Shown: piece by piece, positions 54,069 through 61,459 of the stretch
How the letters are laid out: the number at the start of each line of letters is the position of its first letter
Numbering within the stretch: position 1 is the first letter of the stretch
NCBI RefSeq assembly: GCF_030652515.1
Contig: NZ_JAUSAR010000034.1
Location: 1,887-65,886, forward strand
Origin: Aquabacterium sp.
GTDB lineage: Bacteria; Pseudomonadota; Gammaproteobacteria; Burkholderiales; Burkholderiaceae_C
DNA: 64,000 bases
Reading direction: 5' to 3'
Notes under the pieces: model-generated
What the model saw: only the letters and a program-made list of their open reading frames with translations
Told to the model about the DNA's origin: nothing
Database searches by the model: none
Made by a program: the position numbers and the translations under genes

Positions 54069-55406
54069 TCACCCTTGCAATCGAGACAGCATCTCGGGCA
54101 GGATGATGTGCTGCACCACGCGCAGCAGTCGGGACTCTGAGGCCGCGTAAGGAGCCCATGCTTTGGGCAGCGTCTGCCAACGCGCCTCTTGCTCGGCGAC
54201 CAGGCCCTCGAACGCACTGGCGACGCGTGTCGTGACCTCGGCCACCACGCGGCGGGCCACTCGCTCTGGCACCCCAAGCACAGCTGCTGCTTGCAAAACA
54301 CTGGTCAAGGTGACATCACCAAAATACTTGGCCCCCGGCAAACTGAAAGCCATGGGCACTTGATCCCAGATCGCTTTGTCATCGGCCAGTGCACGCGTGT
54401 GGTACGCACCTGTGCACAGCAAATCGTAGTGAGGCGCCAGCGCCACGCCATCAGGTCGCACGTGGAAAGACAAGTTCTTCAAATGGCAATCATCGTTGGC
54501 CACCAGGATGTTGAACACCAGCCACCGGAAAAGCCGCTGCCGCGTGTCAATCTTGTTCGTCGTCCGATCAATGACCTCCACCAGCGCATCGAGTGAGGCC
54601 CCAACGTGCTTGAACGTGCGCGCCTTGTTCAGCAGTTGGCATGCGTCAATGATGTGCAGCCGCTGCACCGACGGCGCCGCCAAGGGATCTTTGTTGCCAG
54701 CGAGGGAGCGCTGGTCGATGACACGATCAAAACGCTCGATGAGGTAGACCGGCTGCGGCACATGGCGCATGGCCACCGGCGGGACCGACAGGCGGGCCAC
54801 ACGTGCCAGGCGCATGGTCAAGAACTCGTTGAAAACCGAGGCCGGGTAGCTCTCCACATCGGGGTGCTCAGGCTTGAGGATGTGGGTGGACGGCGTGGCG
54901 CCTTCGGGTTCGTACAACAAGCCCGCCTTGATCACCACCAACAGCTTGTGCTGCGCGCCCGCCAAGGACATCCGCTTGGGGGAAGTCTTGGCCAGCGTCT
55001 GGCGAGGCAGCGCTTGAATCCGCCCGCTCAAGGACTCATCGCTCAACAACTGCAATCTGGCCTCATCGGGCAAGGCCTGGCTTGGCGCGAGAAGCGTCAG
55101 CGAACCGGCAGATTCCGCCCCCAAGTGTTCGAGCAACGCGAAGGCGTCCTCTCCCCTGATGCCCGCTTCTTTGGCCACGGTCTGGCGCAGTAACTCTTCA
55201 GGCAGCAGGTTGTCAAAGTACCACTGGACGGGCCGCAAAGTCCCGCCGTCTTCATGACGAAGTTGCGCACGCGGAAACGCTGGCGACAAGTCGAATCCAT
55301 CGGGAGCGGCGGCCCACAGCGGGTCGTACTCGAAGGTCCACAGGTCGTCACCCTCGCTCAGCGTGCCGACCAATCGGTGGTCAATGAAGACCTGCAAGCT
55401 GCGCAT
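54069..55406 (-). CDS. hipA: HipA-family kinase toxin
   Basis: FDNLLPE, MSLAGAQHK P-loop, STHILKP, NDDCHLKNLS catalytic loop, LAPHYD; alternative TTG start at 55412. Confidence 0.93.
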   Translation of the reverse strand: MRSLQVFIDHRLVGTLSEGDDLWTFEYDPLWAAAPDGFDLSPAFPRAQLRHEDGGTLRPVQWYFDNLLPEELLRQTVAKEAGIRGEDAFALLEHLGAESAGSLTLLAPSQALPDEARLQLLSDESLSGRIQALPRQTLAKTSPKRMSLAGAQHKLLVVIKAGLLYEPEGATPSTHILKPEHPDVESYPASVFNEFLTMRLARVARLSVPPVAMRHVPQPVYLIERFDRVIDQRSLAGNKDPLAAPSVQRLHIIDACQLLNKARTFKHVGASLDALVEVIDRTTNKIDTRQRLFRWLVFNILVANDDCHLKNLSFHVRPDGVALAPHYDLLCTGAYHTRALADDKAIWDQVPMAFSLPGAKYFGDVTLTSVLQAAAVLGVPERVARRVVAEVTTRVASAFEGLVAEQEARWQTLPKAWAPYAASESRLLRVVQHIILPEMLSRLQG

Positions 55407-55408
55407 GC

Positions 55409-55681
55409 TCAAGCCTTGCTTTCAGAACGCCGTGCTTGCAATTGTTGGAGTGCTGGCAAGGCCGATTCAGGAATATCAACATTCAGCGCGATGCCCAACT
55501 CTTTCAGCAGCAGCAGCACGCGGCCCATTTGCGCGGTGGGCTTGCCTCGCTCAACGTCGGCGGTGAACTGCTTGCTCACGCCCACCGTGCTCGCCAGGTC
55601 GTCTTGCCGCACGCCGGAACTCTTGCGGACAGCGCGGATGACCAGGCCGAGGTCTTCGACGGAATGGATGGCTTGCTTCAT
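55409..55681 (-). CDS. hipB: XRE/HipB-like HTH antitoxin
   Basis: IRAVRK..GVRQDDLA..VGVSKQF..DVERGK; abuts hipA. Confidence 0.88.
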   Translation of the reverse strand: MKQAIHSVEDLGLVIRAVRKSSGVRQDDLASTVGVSKQFTADVERGKPTAQMGRVLLLLKELGIALNVDIPESALPALQQLQARRSESKA

Positions 55682-55685
55682 TGAA

Positions 55686-55808
55686 ATACCTCCGATCGCA
55701 GGCATTATGGAATAGGCAATTGATATTTTGCCTTTAATGCCCGCGATTGCAGGTATTTTCAAGAAATGCTTGACCCCAAACCTGAGCAATGCCTGCGATC
55801 CCAGGCAT
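55686..55808. promoter_or_regulatory. Three 20-bp palindromic operators upstream of hipB
   Basis: ATACCTCCGATCGCAGGCAT (55686), ATGCCCGCGATTGCAGGTAT (55737), ATGCCTGCGATCCCAGGCAT (55789). Confidence 0.85.
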
Positions 55809-55820
55809 AAAAGGCTTGGA

Positions 55821-56174
55821 TCAAAGCGATCGGCACGACCTGAGCTGCTTCAACTGCCCGGCACGCGCCGTCAATTGAGCGGCCACACAGGCTGGGACGG
55901 CGGCCGATGACTTCCTGCAAGCGATCGACGCCGACGCCTTCCACTCGGAGACGCGGGTGTTGATGGCGATCTCGCACGTGGGCAGGCGGCGGATGGTGAC
56001 CTCCGCTGTTGAATCCAGCAAGCGAGCCGCGGCGACCGGGTCGCTGGTGGCCTGATCTTGCACAGGCCGCGCGGGGTTGGCGCCAACCGCGCCAACCATG
56101 GCGGCCAGAACGATGACCAGTGCCGATGAGGAGGAGGCCACCCGCCGGACCAGGCTTGGCCTACAAAACCCCAT
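55821..56174 (-). CDS. Possible small secreted Cys-containing hypothetical protein
   Basis: Fills the gap co-directionally; hydrophobic stretch then four Cys; start unclear. Confidence 0.35.
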   Translation of the reverse strand: MGFCRPSLVRRVASSSSALVIVLAAMVGAVGANPARPVQDQATSDPVAAARLLDSTAEVTIRRLPTCEIAINTRVSEWKASASIACRKSSAAVPACVAAQLTARAGQLKQLRSCRSL

Positions 56175-56442
56175 GCTCGATCTCGTCCAGGTAGATGAAG
56201 TCTGGCGCCTTCACGCCCGCATGCTTTCGGATCTCAACCAGCTCAGGGGATTCGAAAAACCGCCGCGCATTGGCCAGCGATGACCACCGCGAGAAGTGCA
56301 CGATGTTGTTGGCATCGGTGTCGTAACGCAGCAGCTGGTAGCTGATCTCGCCAGCGTCTTTGCGGATCTGCGCCGCCTGGTCAAAGATGGCTTTCCAGGC
56401 GGGGTAGCTTTCAACTTCGTGGATGATCAAGACGTGCTGCAC
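56161..56442 (-). CDS. Antibiotic biosynthesis monooxygenase-like (dimeric alpha-beta barrel) protein
   Basis: IIHEVESYPAWKAIFD...WSSLANARRFFESPEL; GGAG 5 nt before GTG 56442. Confidence 0.8.
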   Translation of the reverse strand: MQHVLIIHEVESYPAWKAIFDQAAQIRKDAGEISYQLLRYDTDANNIVHFSRWSSLANARRFFESPELVEIRKHAGVKAPDFIYLDEIEHGVL

Positions 56443-56494
56443 ATGGACTCCCGGCTTCTGCATGCCAAGTATCTTGTCACAGCAAGAGTGTCCA

Positions 56495-56953
56495 TCAAGG
56501 TGCCTTTCGGCGACGCACAAGGTAGATCGCCAACAGTGCCGCAGAGAAATGAGACGGGAAGAACTCATACCAAATCGGATACTGGCTTTTGAGCATGCCC
56601 TGAACGCCCCCTGCCTCGGCAAAATAGACCACCCAGCCAACCAGGGCGACACCAGCGGCAGCGAAGAGAAAATGTCCACGCGACAGTCGAGCGGCGCCAT
56701 AGCATCCCAGGATGAAGGCCAACAAGGAAAGCGCCATGTCGAGCGCCAACAAAGCAGGCGGCGTTTCTCCGCTCCATCCCATGCCAAGCAATAGCGCCAC
56801 CGTGCTCGCGATGAAAGGTGCGATCAGCCAACTCAGCGCCAGCGACATGGCCGAAAAGATGGCGACCAGGAACACGGTTCGGTACCAACTGGGTGGTTTT
56901 TCAACCGCGAGGTCTTGCACGTGGGCCTCTGGCGGTGAGAAAGGGTTCTTCAT
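56495..56953 (-). CDS. Hypothetical membrane protein
   Basis: MKNPFSPP N-terminus (NPY/FxxP-type), about four hydrophobic helices. Confidence 0.7.
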   Translation of the reverse strand: MKNPFSPPEAHVQDLAVEKPPSWYRTVFLVAIFSAMSLALSWLIAPFIASTVALLLGMGWSGETPPALLALDMALSLLAFILGCYGAARLSRGHFLFAAAGVALVGWVVYFAEAGGVQGMLKSQYPIWYEFFPSHFSAALLAIYLVRRRKAP

Positions 56954-56954
56954 G

Positions 56955-57434
56955 TCATTGGTCGTCAAAGCGCGCCTTGTGGTAGCCCATGTAGCTGAAA
57001 TCGAGGCCAACCTCTGAATTTTCCCCAAGATCGACCACATTCACATGGACCTTGCCATCGGATTCCCAGTAGGACGCCCGATACACATGCTTGGGCAGCA
57101 TATTGGGCACGTTGACCTCGAGCCCCGCCCCAGTCCAGGAAACCGCGCCAACCGCCACCAGGCCCACGCCGAAATTGGATCGATAGTCCAACACAAATGA
57201 GTGTGTGCCTGGCAACACGCGGACCCAGTATGGGCACCCGGCCACCGCGCAGGGCATGTCTTTCCCATCAGTTTGCTTGATCCGCGACTGAATCAAAGGA
57301 CCGGTCTGATTCATCGCCATGAACACAGCAGTTTGCGACAACGGCACTTTCTGCTCGTAGGCCTGGAAAGGTGCGTGTTGGGTTGTGCATCCCAACAAGA
57401 ATGCCGTCACGAGCAAACTGACTAGAAACTTCAT
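56955..57434 (-). CDS. Hypothetical lipoprotein
   Basis: MKFLVSLLVTAFLLGC lipobox; VRVLPGTH motif. Confidence 0.75.
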   Translation of the reverse strand: MKFLVSLLVTAFLLGCTTQHAPFQAYEQKVPLSQTAVFMAMNQTGPLIQSRIKQTDGKDMPCAVAGCPYWVRVLPGTHSFVLDYRSNFGVGLVAVGAVSWTGAGLEVNVPNMLPKHVYRASYWESDGKVHVNVVDLGENSEVGLDFSYMGYHKARFDDQ

Positions 57435-57460
57435 TTCGTCATCTCTTCTATCAAGGATTT

Positions 57461-57634
57461 CTATTTTGACAGGAAGGCTCGGACTTCCTTGATCACCACA
57501 GCGGGGGCTTCTTCCATCAGCCAATGCCCGGCATTCGGCACGACAAGTTCGGTCACGTCGGTCGCCGCGTTGCGCATCACGGCCGCTTCGTTCGCCCCGA
57601 ACGATTTCTCACCGCCAACGGCCAGCACAGACAT
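57461..57634 (-). pseudogene. C-terminal remnant of an alpha/beta hydrolase (epoxide-hydrolase-like)
   Basis: Translates MSVLAVGGEKSFG...VVPNAGHWLMEEAPAVVIKEVRAFLSK*; has the catalytic His motif but no nucleophile elbow. Confidence 0.75.
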
Positions 57635-57643
57635 GGTCGAGCC

Positions 57644-58210
57644 TCATCTCTTGGCTGCTATCGCAGCCACCAGCTTTTTGTTGAAGTCGATGTCGGGGCT
57701 TTCATCGAAGAGATAGATTTTGTCCACGTCCGCACTTCCAATAATCGCTCCCACCGTTCCGCCGTACGGTGTGGGGATCACGCAGCCACCCTTTGATTGC
57801 GCGAACGATTGAAGGTATTTTTCAAGGCTTTCGGAGGTGCATATGCCACTCTCATAAATGGAATATATGCGAGGCTTCGCGCTCTTGTCGCTGGGAATCC
57901 AAATGCCACCCGGCCGAATTGTCACGGCGGTTTTGTAGTCGACTGGCAATAGCCAAATTGGCCGGCCTTCGCCCTGGTAGAAGGTTCCGAATTCATTCCT
58001 CAGCGCCGCAACGTAAGCTCCGGGCATGATTCCGTGCTCCCATAGCGTGTCTTTGATACCTTGCTTGACCTTGTACGAGATGCGCTCAGGCAAAACTATT
58101 TTGTCTGTCTGCGCTGCTATCACAAGGTTGGACACGACCGGTGGTTGCGAAGCGCATCCTGCCATGCAAAGGATTGCAATGGAGAGAAAGAGCTTTGAAT
58201 TTGTACTCAT
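57644..58210 (-). CDS. Hypothetical lipoprotein
   Basis: LFLSIAILCMAGC lipobox; AT-richer codon usage. Confidence 0.75.
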   Translation of the reverse strand: MSTNSKLFLSIAILCMAGCASQPPVVSNLVIAAQTDKIVLPERISYKVKQGIKDTLWEHGIMPGAYVAALRNEFGTFYQGEGRPIWLLPVDYKTAVTIRPGGIWIPSDKSAKPRIYSIYESGICTSESLEKYLQSFAQSKGGCVIPTPYGGTVGAIIGSADVDKIYLFDESPDIDFNKKLVAAIAAKR

Positions 58211-58253
58211 TTTTGTTTGTGAATGATTTTAAGGACGTCGGAACCTATTGAAA

Positions 58254-58322
58254 AGCCAACACCCCAGTTGATCGGCAGCAACGTGCGCAACACGTCGACT
58301 GATGGATGGACTCCAGTTAGGC
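58254..58322 (-). repeat. attC-like element C (degenerate)
   Basis: Minus strand GCCTAAC...GCCGATCAACTGGGGT-GTTGGCT; internal hairpin ACGTG/CACGT. Confidence 0.5.
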
Positions 58323-58353
58323 CGCTGCGAGAAGGCACTGTGTAGCTCATGAG

Positions 58354-59316
58354 CTACACACCAAAATGAGCCTTGCTAACGTCAATTCGGCTAAAGCTAA
58401 AATTACTTCTTCCGATGGTTGCGCTGATTAAAACGCAAAACGGATTTTGTGCAAAAACTCTTCTCAATAACTCTGAATGTTTGGGGCTGGATACTAGATT
58501 TTCATTCATATCCCATGATGCAATGGTGCCTGCCATGTAGTCCGGTAAGCGGATTAGGCTGTCGAACCAAAGTCTGTCAATTCCAGCATCATCAATGCCA
58601 TAGCCGACTTTTGATATTTCCATCTCGGCCATTTCTTTCAGACACAGCCCATAGTGATTGATTTCAAATAGCTCTCGACATATTTCACCAAAGGCATCAA
58701 TAATTTTGTCTCGATCCGAAAACCAAACGATACTTTTACATTTGGCCTCCTTTGATAGGAGGAACGCCAGGTATGCTGCCAACATAGCAACAACCGAAAT
58801 TAGTTTAAAGAGTTTCATGTTTGCACTCTTTTTACTTAATTCTGACTTGGCTATTGAAAATCGCTTGATTTGCTCTTCAAATTTTTCCTTACCCTCTGGC
58901 TGGTTAATTATCCACATCTTTATCATTTCTGTCACGCTGTCCATATTGAGGAGCGCAACATGCTGGTCGGTGTGACCCTTTGAGTAGAGTACGCCAGCAG
59001 TGCTTTTTAATATAAATGTGACATGAAAAAAAGTTCTGTTACTTAGAGCCTCAATTATATCTCGATCAATGCATTTCGTTTTTTTAATGTCTTTGGGAAT
59101 TTTTTCTGCAAGTAATTCAACAATTTTGGGTGTAGCAGCCCAAGATGGGGCAATGGTAAATGAAGCCACATTGTTGAATTTGTTTTTTGCGTCAATGCAA
59201 TAGTCGCTAAAAATTGCGAATTGAGATTCATTTTTGTGAATTGAAAGAAACGCTCTTAAGTCTGTTAAAAATGACTTATCAAGCGTTCCTTTTAGCGATG
59301 CCAAAATTCTTTCCAT
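58354..59316 (-). CDS. Hypothetical protein, possibly RNase H-fold/DUF3800-like
   Basis: AT-rich 320-aa ORF with spaced acidic motifs IFSDY, WFSDRD, IRLPDYMAG; family call tentative. Confidence 0.7.
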   Translation of the reverse strand: MERILASLKGTLDKSFLTDLRAFLSIHKNESQFAIFSDYCIDAKNKFNNVASFTIAPSWAATPKIVELLAEKIPKDIKKTKCIDRDIIEALSNRTFFHVTFILKSTAGVLYSKGHTDQHVALLNMDSVTEMIKMWIINQPEGKEKFEEQIKRFSIAKSELSKKSANMKLFKLISVVAMLAAYLAFLLSKEAKCKSIVWFSDRDKIIDAFGEICRELFEINHYGLCLKEMAEMEISKVGYGIDDAGIDRLWFDSLIRLPDYMAGTIASWDMNENLVSSPKHSELLRRVFAQNPFCVLISATIGRSNFSFSRIDVSKAHFGV

Positions 59317-59323
59317 GCCTAGT

Positions 59324-59374
59324 GTCTAACATTAAAGGGTGCCGGAGCGAAACGCAGAACATCAACAGTTAGGC
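59324..59374 (-). repeat. attC-like element B (short)
   Basis: Minus strand GCCTAAC...GTTAGAC; upstream stop codon TAA lies inside GCCTAAC and the next ATG follows 7 nt after GTTAGAC. Confidence 0.65.
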
Positions 59375-59773
59375 GTCACGGATTCGCCTCCATTGTTCTT
59401 TATGTTGAGCGAGTTCTGCTTTGACAACAGACGCTCGCTTTTCCAAGCGACTGATACCAAGTAGTTTTGACGTGCCACGAATTGCATGGGCTTCTGCATG
59501 GGTGAGTACATAGCAATCAGCTTCGCGCTCACCATGCACTACGACCACAACCAAGAAGTCAAACTCTCGAGCCAATGAACCAATGTTGTTGTTCGTACTC
59601 TTATTTTGCAGTTCAGTGGCTTTTACTTGGATTCTTAAGATTCGGCCTGACTTTGATATCGCAGTCAAATCGTAGCTGTCTTGGTTTATTTTGATTGCTG
59701 GATAAGCCTCAACCTCGTTTTCAAGCAGGCGCGTAAGAGTCAGGTACTCACCGAACTTTCCAATAAACTTCAT
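59369..59773 (-). CDS. Small PD-(D/E)XK-family nuclease
   Basis: GKFGEY...YDL...IQVK spacing typical of Hjc/restriction-like nucleases; FDFLVVV strand. Confidence 0.8.
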   Translation of the reverse strand: MKFIGKFGEYLTLTRLLENEVEAYPAIKINQDSYDLTAISKSGRILRIQVKATELQNKSTNNNIGSLAREFDFLVVVVVHGEREADCYVLTHAEAHAIRGTSKLLGISRLEKRASVVKAELAQHKEQWRRIRDA

Positions 59774-59792
59774 ATGCCCCCTAATTTTATAA

Positions 59793-59850
59793 GGCTAACG
59801 CCAAAGTTAACCGGCGCCGGAGCGCGAGCGCGCAGGACACCAAGTTAGGA
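59793..59850 (-). repeat. attC-like element A
   Basis: Minus strand TCCTAAC...CCGGTTAACTTTGGC-GTTAGCC, 58 nt; GC-rich within AT-rich DNA; alignable with element B. Confidence 0.65.
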
Positions 59851-59899
59851 TTTCGGGCCCGCGCGGCGATGCCCATTGTGCAAAGGAAACACCATAATA

Positions 59900-60919
59900 T
59901 TAAATATAACGATCAAGAGAACGCTTTAGTATTCTTGGCAGCTCTCGTACCATTACCCACATTTCTTTGTCCGGCATATACATTTCCCGCATAATTGGAT
60001 GCTCGAACGTGAACTCAATGAGTTCAAAAAATGCACTTACTGCGGCATTCTTTTCCTCTACCGGGACTGTGCTGCGAAGCGTACGCGCCACATCTAAGCC
60101 GGCGTCGTAAAGCCAAGGGAAATCTGTTCTAAAAAGGCTTACTGCGATTTGAAATCCGGTTAGGTTTGACTCAAACCGGGGCGAAGCATGAAGAAGCTCC
60201 TCAATAAACATAGGATGCATTCTTTTGTCGCGCCTAAATCGCCTGGGCTCAATTTCCAAATCTATGCGCTTTGTTATTTTTTCAAGCATGATCTTTATGG
60301 ATTCAACCTCTTTTACAAATTCGCCATCTGGATTGCGTAGAAGCTTTTGGTTGTTTCTTGTGAGATCGAGAATTTCTTCTAATATTTCACCAGCTGAATC
60401 AATTGCCGCGTCTTCATCTGGTGTTGATGGTAAAGGCATGGACCTGAGCAGCCCATTCAACTGCTCCTCTAAAGTTGGGTACCAGACAGCGAATGCCTTT
60501 TCAAGGCGTTCATCACTGAGAGTTTCACTCCCGCAAGCCTTGTTGAGAGAGAACATTAATTTTTTAATGTCCTCTTTTTCGAGTATGGTGGATTGAAATT
60601 GAAGAATTGGCCCACTAACTTCTGAGCGTTTAATATCAAAAAGAAACGGGCTAACGGCAGATTTTTCCATCGTCTTCGATAATGCTCCAGCCTCAAATGT
60701 CAGCCAAGGCGCATGAACGTTTTCTTTTGTGACACACAATATGCCAAATGTGGAATTTTCTAACTCTTTAGCTATGTCAGTGCTCCAGCGAGCACCCTTG
60801 TCAATATCTTCGGATGATACATATGGAACTATTGACTGAATTACAGATGGTAGCCAGTCCCGGAATGTTATGGCCACCTTGTGGCTCAGTTCGCCTGACC
60901 AACTAAGAAACACCTTCAT
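59900..60919 (-). CDS. TIR-domain protein with helical C-terminal domain
   Basis: KVFLSWSG, DIDKGARW, PWLTFEAGALSK (Glu at the catalytic-equivalent position). Confidence 0.88.
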   Translation of the reverse strand: MKVFLSWSGELSHKVAITFRDWLPSVIQSIVPYVSSEDIDKGARWSTDIAKELENSTFGILCVTKENVHAPWLTFEAGALSKTMEKSAVSPFLFDIKRSEVSGPILQFQSTILEKEDIKKLMFSLNKACGSETLSDERLEKAFAVWYPTLEEQLNGLLRSMPLPSTPDEDAAIDSAGEILEEILDLTRNNQKLLRNPDGEFVKEVESIKIMLEKITKRIDLEIEPRRFRRDKRMHPMFIEELLHASPRFESNLTGFQIAVSLFRTDFPWLYDAGLDVARTLRSTVPVEEKNAAVSAFFELIEFTFEHPIMREMYMPDKEMWVMVRELPRILKRSLDRYI

Positions 60920-61187
60920 TTATGGAATTCCTATTCGCAAATTTTGTTTAGTAGGGTACTTGAGGCAACCAAAATCCCAATTATCATTTAGGCCACGATC
61001 TGAGGAATTACCTGCGTTTAGAGGTCCAAAGAAAATTGGGAAATGACCTAGTAAACCCAAGCATGGCCCAAAGCATCCACTCAGAACCAAGCTTTTGCTT
61101 CATTAGTACCCTCCCTGTCATGGAAAAAACGCGCTCCATCATGCCCCATCCCTGCCAGCCATGAGCCGATTTTTCTTGCACACAAAC

Positions 61188-61442
61188 CCCAAATGCTCGC
61201 CCGCCCGAGCTCAAAGCCTCGTTCGCCAACCATAAAGGGGCACACGTCACCCTTTTTGGCTCGGTCCTCCACCCTCAAAGCCTCGCGCGCCAGACTAAAA
61301 GCCTAGCCCGCCGCCCGCTGCCCCTCGTGCACCACCATTTTTGGCGCACGCGCCAAGCAAAAAAGCCTGGCTCACCACCCTAAAACCTTCGAGCACCACC
61401 CTCAAAGCCTGGCGCCCCACGATCAAAGCGTCGCGCACAAGC
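61188..61442. repeat. Degenerate 21-bp tandem array (about 12 units)
   Basis: Units start at 61210, 61231, 61252, 61274, 61295, 61316, 61337, 61358, 61380, 61401, 61422, with a weaker unit at 61188; consensus approx. CTCAAAGCCTCGNGCNCCACC. Confidence 0.8.
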
Positions 61443-61459
61443 TTCTGCCATCATCCAGC

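Noticed and set aside
54020-54301. Cys/Trp-rich N-terminal extension of the DUF748 ORF
   Set aside because: It overlaps hipA in another frame; ATG 54019 followed by a TM anchor is the more plausible start.
59900-60919. Thoeris or CBASS assignment
   Set aside because: No ThsA (SIR2/Macro/SLOG) effector and no cyclase gene in the window.
60920-61010. attI or attC site upstream of the TIR gene
   Set aside because: Only a weak GTTGCCT on the minus strand with no matching inverse core; insufficient support.
61008-61278. ORFs 61008-61250 and 61081-61278
   Set aside because: Short, overlapping each other and the repeat array, with no motifs or clear RBS.
61188-61442. Possible CRISPR array
   Set aside because: The period is only 21 bp, repeats are highly degenerate, there are no spacer-length unique segments and no cas genes.
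54069-61450. Prophage, ICE, transposon or complete integron
   Set aside because: No integrase, transposase or phage gene, and I found no flanking direct repeat or tRNA attachment site at the edges.
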